Source: Podarcis erhardii (lineage: Eukaryota). From it: a DNA stretch of 64,000 nt. The stretch lies in the NCBI GenBank assembly GCA_964252035.1, contig OZ176200.1, one strand, 5' to 3'. The translations under genes and the position numbers were made by a program. This document shows, piece by piece, positions 61,807 through 64,000 of this stretch (positions are counted from its first letter, which is position 1; each line of letters starts with the position of its first letter). The notes under the pieces were generated by a model that saw nothing but the letters and a program-made list of their open reading frames with translations, ran no database searches and was not told the origin of the DNA.

Positions 61807-64000
61807 TTGTAGGCCGAAAACACTTTGGGCTGTTGCGAAAATAAAATCCATACATTTTTTCAACGTCTTGAGAAACACTCTCTTTTGGTTTTGGGTTCAT
61901 TTTGGATTCTCTCCACTTTTTGCATTTCTTTTTCACTACAGTACAACAAAACTACAAGCTACTCCCACCCATAGCATTTTGAGAATTTGGGTCTTGTGTA
62001 ATGAGTCATGCACTGAGTAGTTTTGACAATTGGAAACCAACCAAGTACAATTAAAGGAACAAATATAAGAGTTAGATTAAAAAGAATAGATAACAATATT
62101 AGGCCTATTCTAGTGATTTAAAAACATTTGGTGAGAATGCCTGTGGACTTTACTCTTCTCCAGGCACACGTTCAAATTGAAAGCAAATAAAGTAGGTTTG
62201 TGGTACGGCCAGACTTGTTGATTTTATGACATGGTAGTCTTTTAGCAAGTTTTGCTATTTAGATTACAATTTGTTTGGCCTAATTCAAATTTGTTATATT
62301 TGCTTTGCAGCTCTGATCCTAAATGGTTTGAAAAATCTGAGCCCCCGGTCATCTCCCTTTGGGGAAGGCCGAATAAACTGTAGTCCAATTAGCAAATCTT
62401 GGAGAGAGACTTTCAACACAGCAGCAACACCTCATCTGGAGAAAAACAAACAAACAAACCACTAAAGCACTTTTTACATGGTATGCGGAGATTGTTATAA
62501 ACCAAAATGTGAAATGACTATGACACCCTTAATGGAAAATACGTAGACCAATACATCTTTGTTACCTTTCTTGAGGGTGAGGAGTTGGGTATTTTTGTCA
62601 ATCTGAAAAGCCAGTGCATAGAATGTTCGATATTAATAATGGGCATCACTAAGTAAAAAAGAAAAATCAAAAATACAATTGTAAGCCGCAGTCATTCTGC
62701 TATCAGGAGCACTGTCTACTAATTAAAAAACTTAGATGAAACATTTATATTCTGTTTGTGAATCCATATTAAGTTGTCAAATAACTGTTCCAAGTTTGTA
62801 GAATAAATCATTTCCATAACTATCACTTAATCTTGTCCTGCTAACCATATATACTTCAAGTTGGCATCTGCAATGTATTATTATTTAAATCTTGCATAGT
62901 AATATAATAGAATTCGGATTTTGGGGTTGGGTTCAATTCGGCCTTCCTTTTCAGATTGGACCAAAACAGTTCTGGGATGTTGGGGATCTAGGGATCTGTA
63001 TGTTTCTTGCTTTCTGGCATGGGTATAACTGTGCATGCTCACAAAAGCATCTAAGTCTGAAACATGAATTACTCCAAGCCTTTCCTATCACCTACTGTTG
63101 CCTTGTTTTCTTTGGTAAAAATGCCAACAGCAGAAGAGTTAGTAGCTCTTTCCTAGCCCACTACCTTCCTGATGGTATCATGAGGATTTCCACACAGCAC
63201 ACGTGAAGCCGCATACTCCAAATTAGTACATTTTAATGAAGCCCCTTCTAAAACAGGAATAGTTAAGAACAATAAAAGCAGTAAGATTTGCAAATTAATT
63301 TTACTCCCATCATTTCCTCTAGCTATATATTTTTTCCTGATAAGAGAAGAAAATAATGGCAATTATAGAAAATTCATAGTTTCCAATATGATACTGGACA
63401 AGGTTCAAAGTTCTTGCATGCACAGAATGAGGACTGATCACAGAATGGGACTTTCCCCCTTCTCCTCACCCCCATGGACCTCCTAAATTTGCTCTGGAGG
63501 ATTGAGGAACCTCCAGAACAATATTAGGGCACAGGGGAGGAGATGGGGGGCAGTCCCACTGTGTGAGCTGGCCTCATTCCCCACATGTCTACCCCACTTA
63601 GCACCACCTTGAATTCCACCCATTGGATGGAATTAGACATCTATGCAATTGGTTCCTTTTACAGCAGGCCATATGAAATACAGAAACTGTAATGGATTAT
63701 GCTGAAATGCATTGCAATTTAAAGCAAACTAAAGGAGCATTTTTTGTTATGCCATATTCAGGCGCAGTATCTAGGATCATAAGTCACAGATACATTTTTT
63801 AAAAGATGAATTCATGCATCATGTAGCCCCCTCATAGCCCTCAAGTACAGAACAGACTATATCCATCCTGTGACAGTTTCACATATATGGAATGGGTCTG
63901 TGTATCATTTACGTATAGGTGTTTGCTTTTTTTTAAGGGAACCCTAATAAATATACATGTGCTTACAAGGTAGTCTGATGGCTTCTTTCTTTCTTTTTTA

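Noticed and set aside
59564-64000. SYT9 terminal exon
   Set aside because: No convincing acceptor plus short coding end plus 3' UTR was recognised; it is probably downstream of the window.

Overview
Eukaryotic (vertebrate) genomic DNA, most likely a lacertid or other squamate lizard, inferred from Sauria/Squam1-type SINEs and the Penelope, CR1, L2, RTE and L1 content. The window lies inside one + strand gene, synaptotagmin-9 (SYT9). Five coding exons (346, 547, 121, 172 and 130 nt; 1316 nt in total) splice in frame through GT-AG sites and encode the transmembrane helix, linker, C2A and C2B. Exon 1 and the final exon were not found and probably lie outside the window. The introns are densely layered with transposons. 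Highlights: (1) three target-site-duplication (TSD)-flanked Penelope-like insertions built around a minimal type I hammerhead ribozyme motif, including a near-perfect 446-bp-arm palindrome that carries an intact sense-strand ribozyme motif in intron 1; (2) a 1.66-kb, apparently non-coding, TSD-flanked, poly(A)-tailed L1-like element with an intact-looking promoter end, antisense in intron 3; (3) two candidate unannotated SYT9 exons, one of which would give a C2B-less isoform ending in an amphipathic helix inside a CpG-retaining block; (4) candidate CTCF motifs. All calls are by eye, and family names come from recognition, not database searches.
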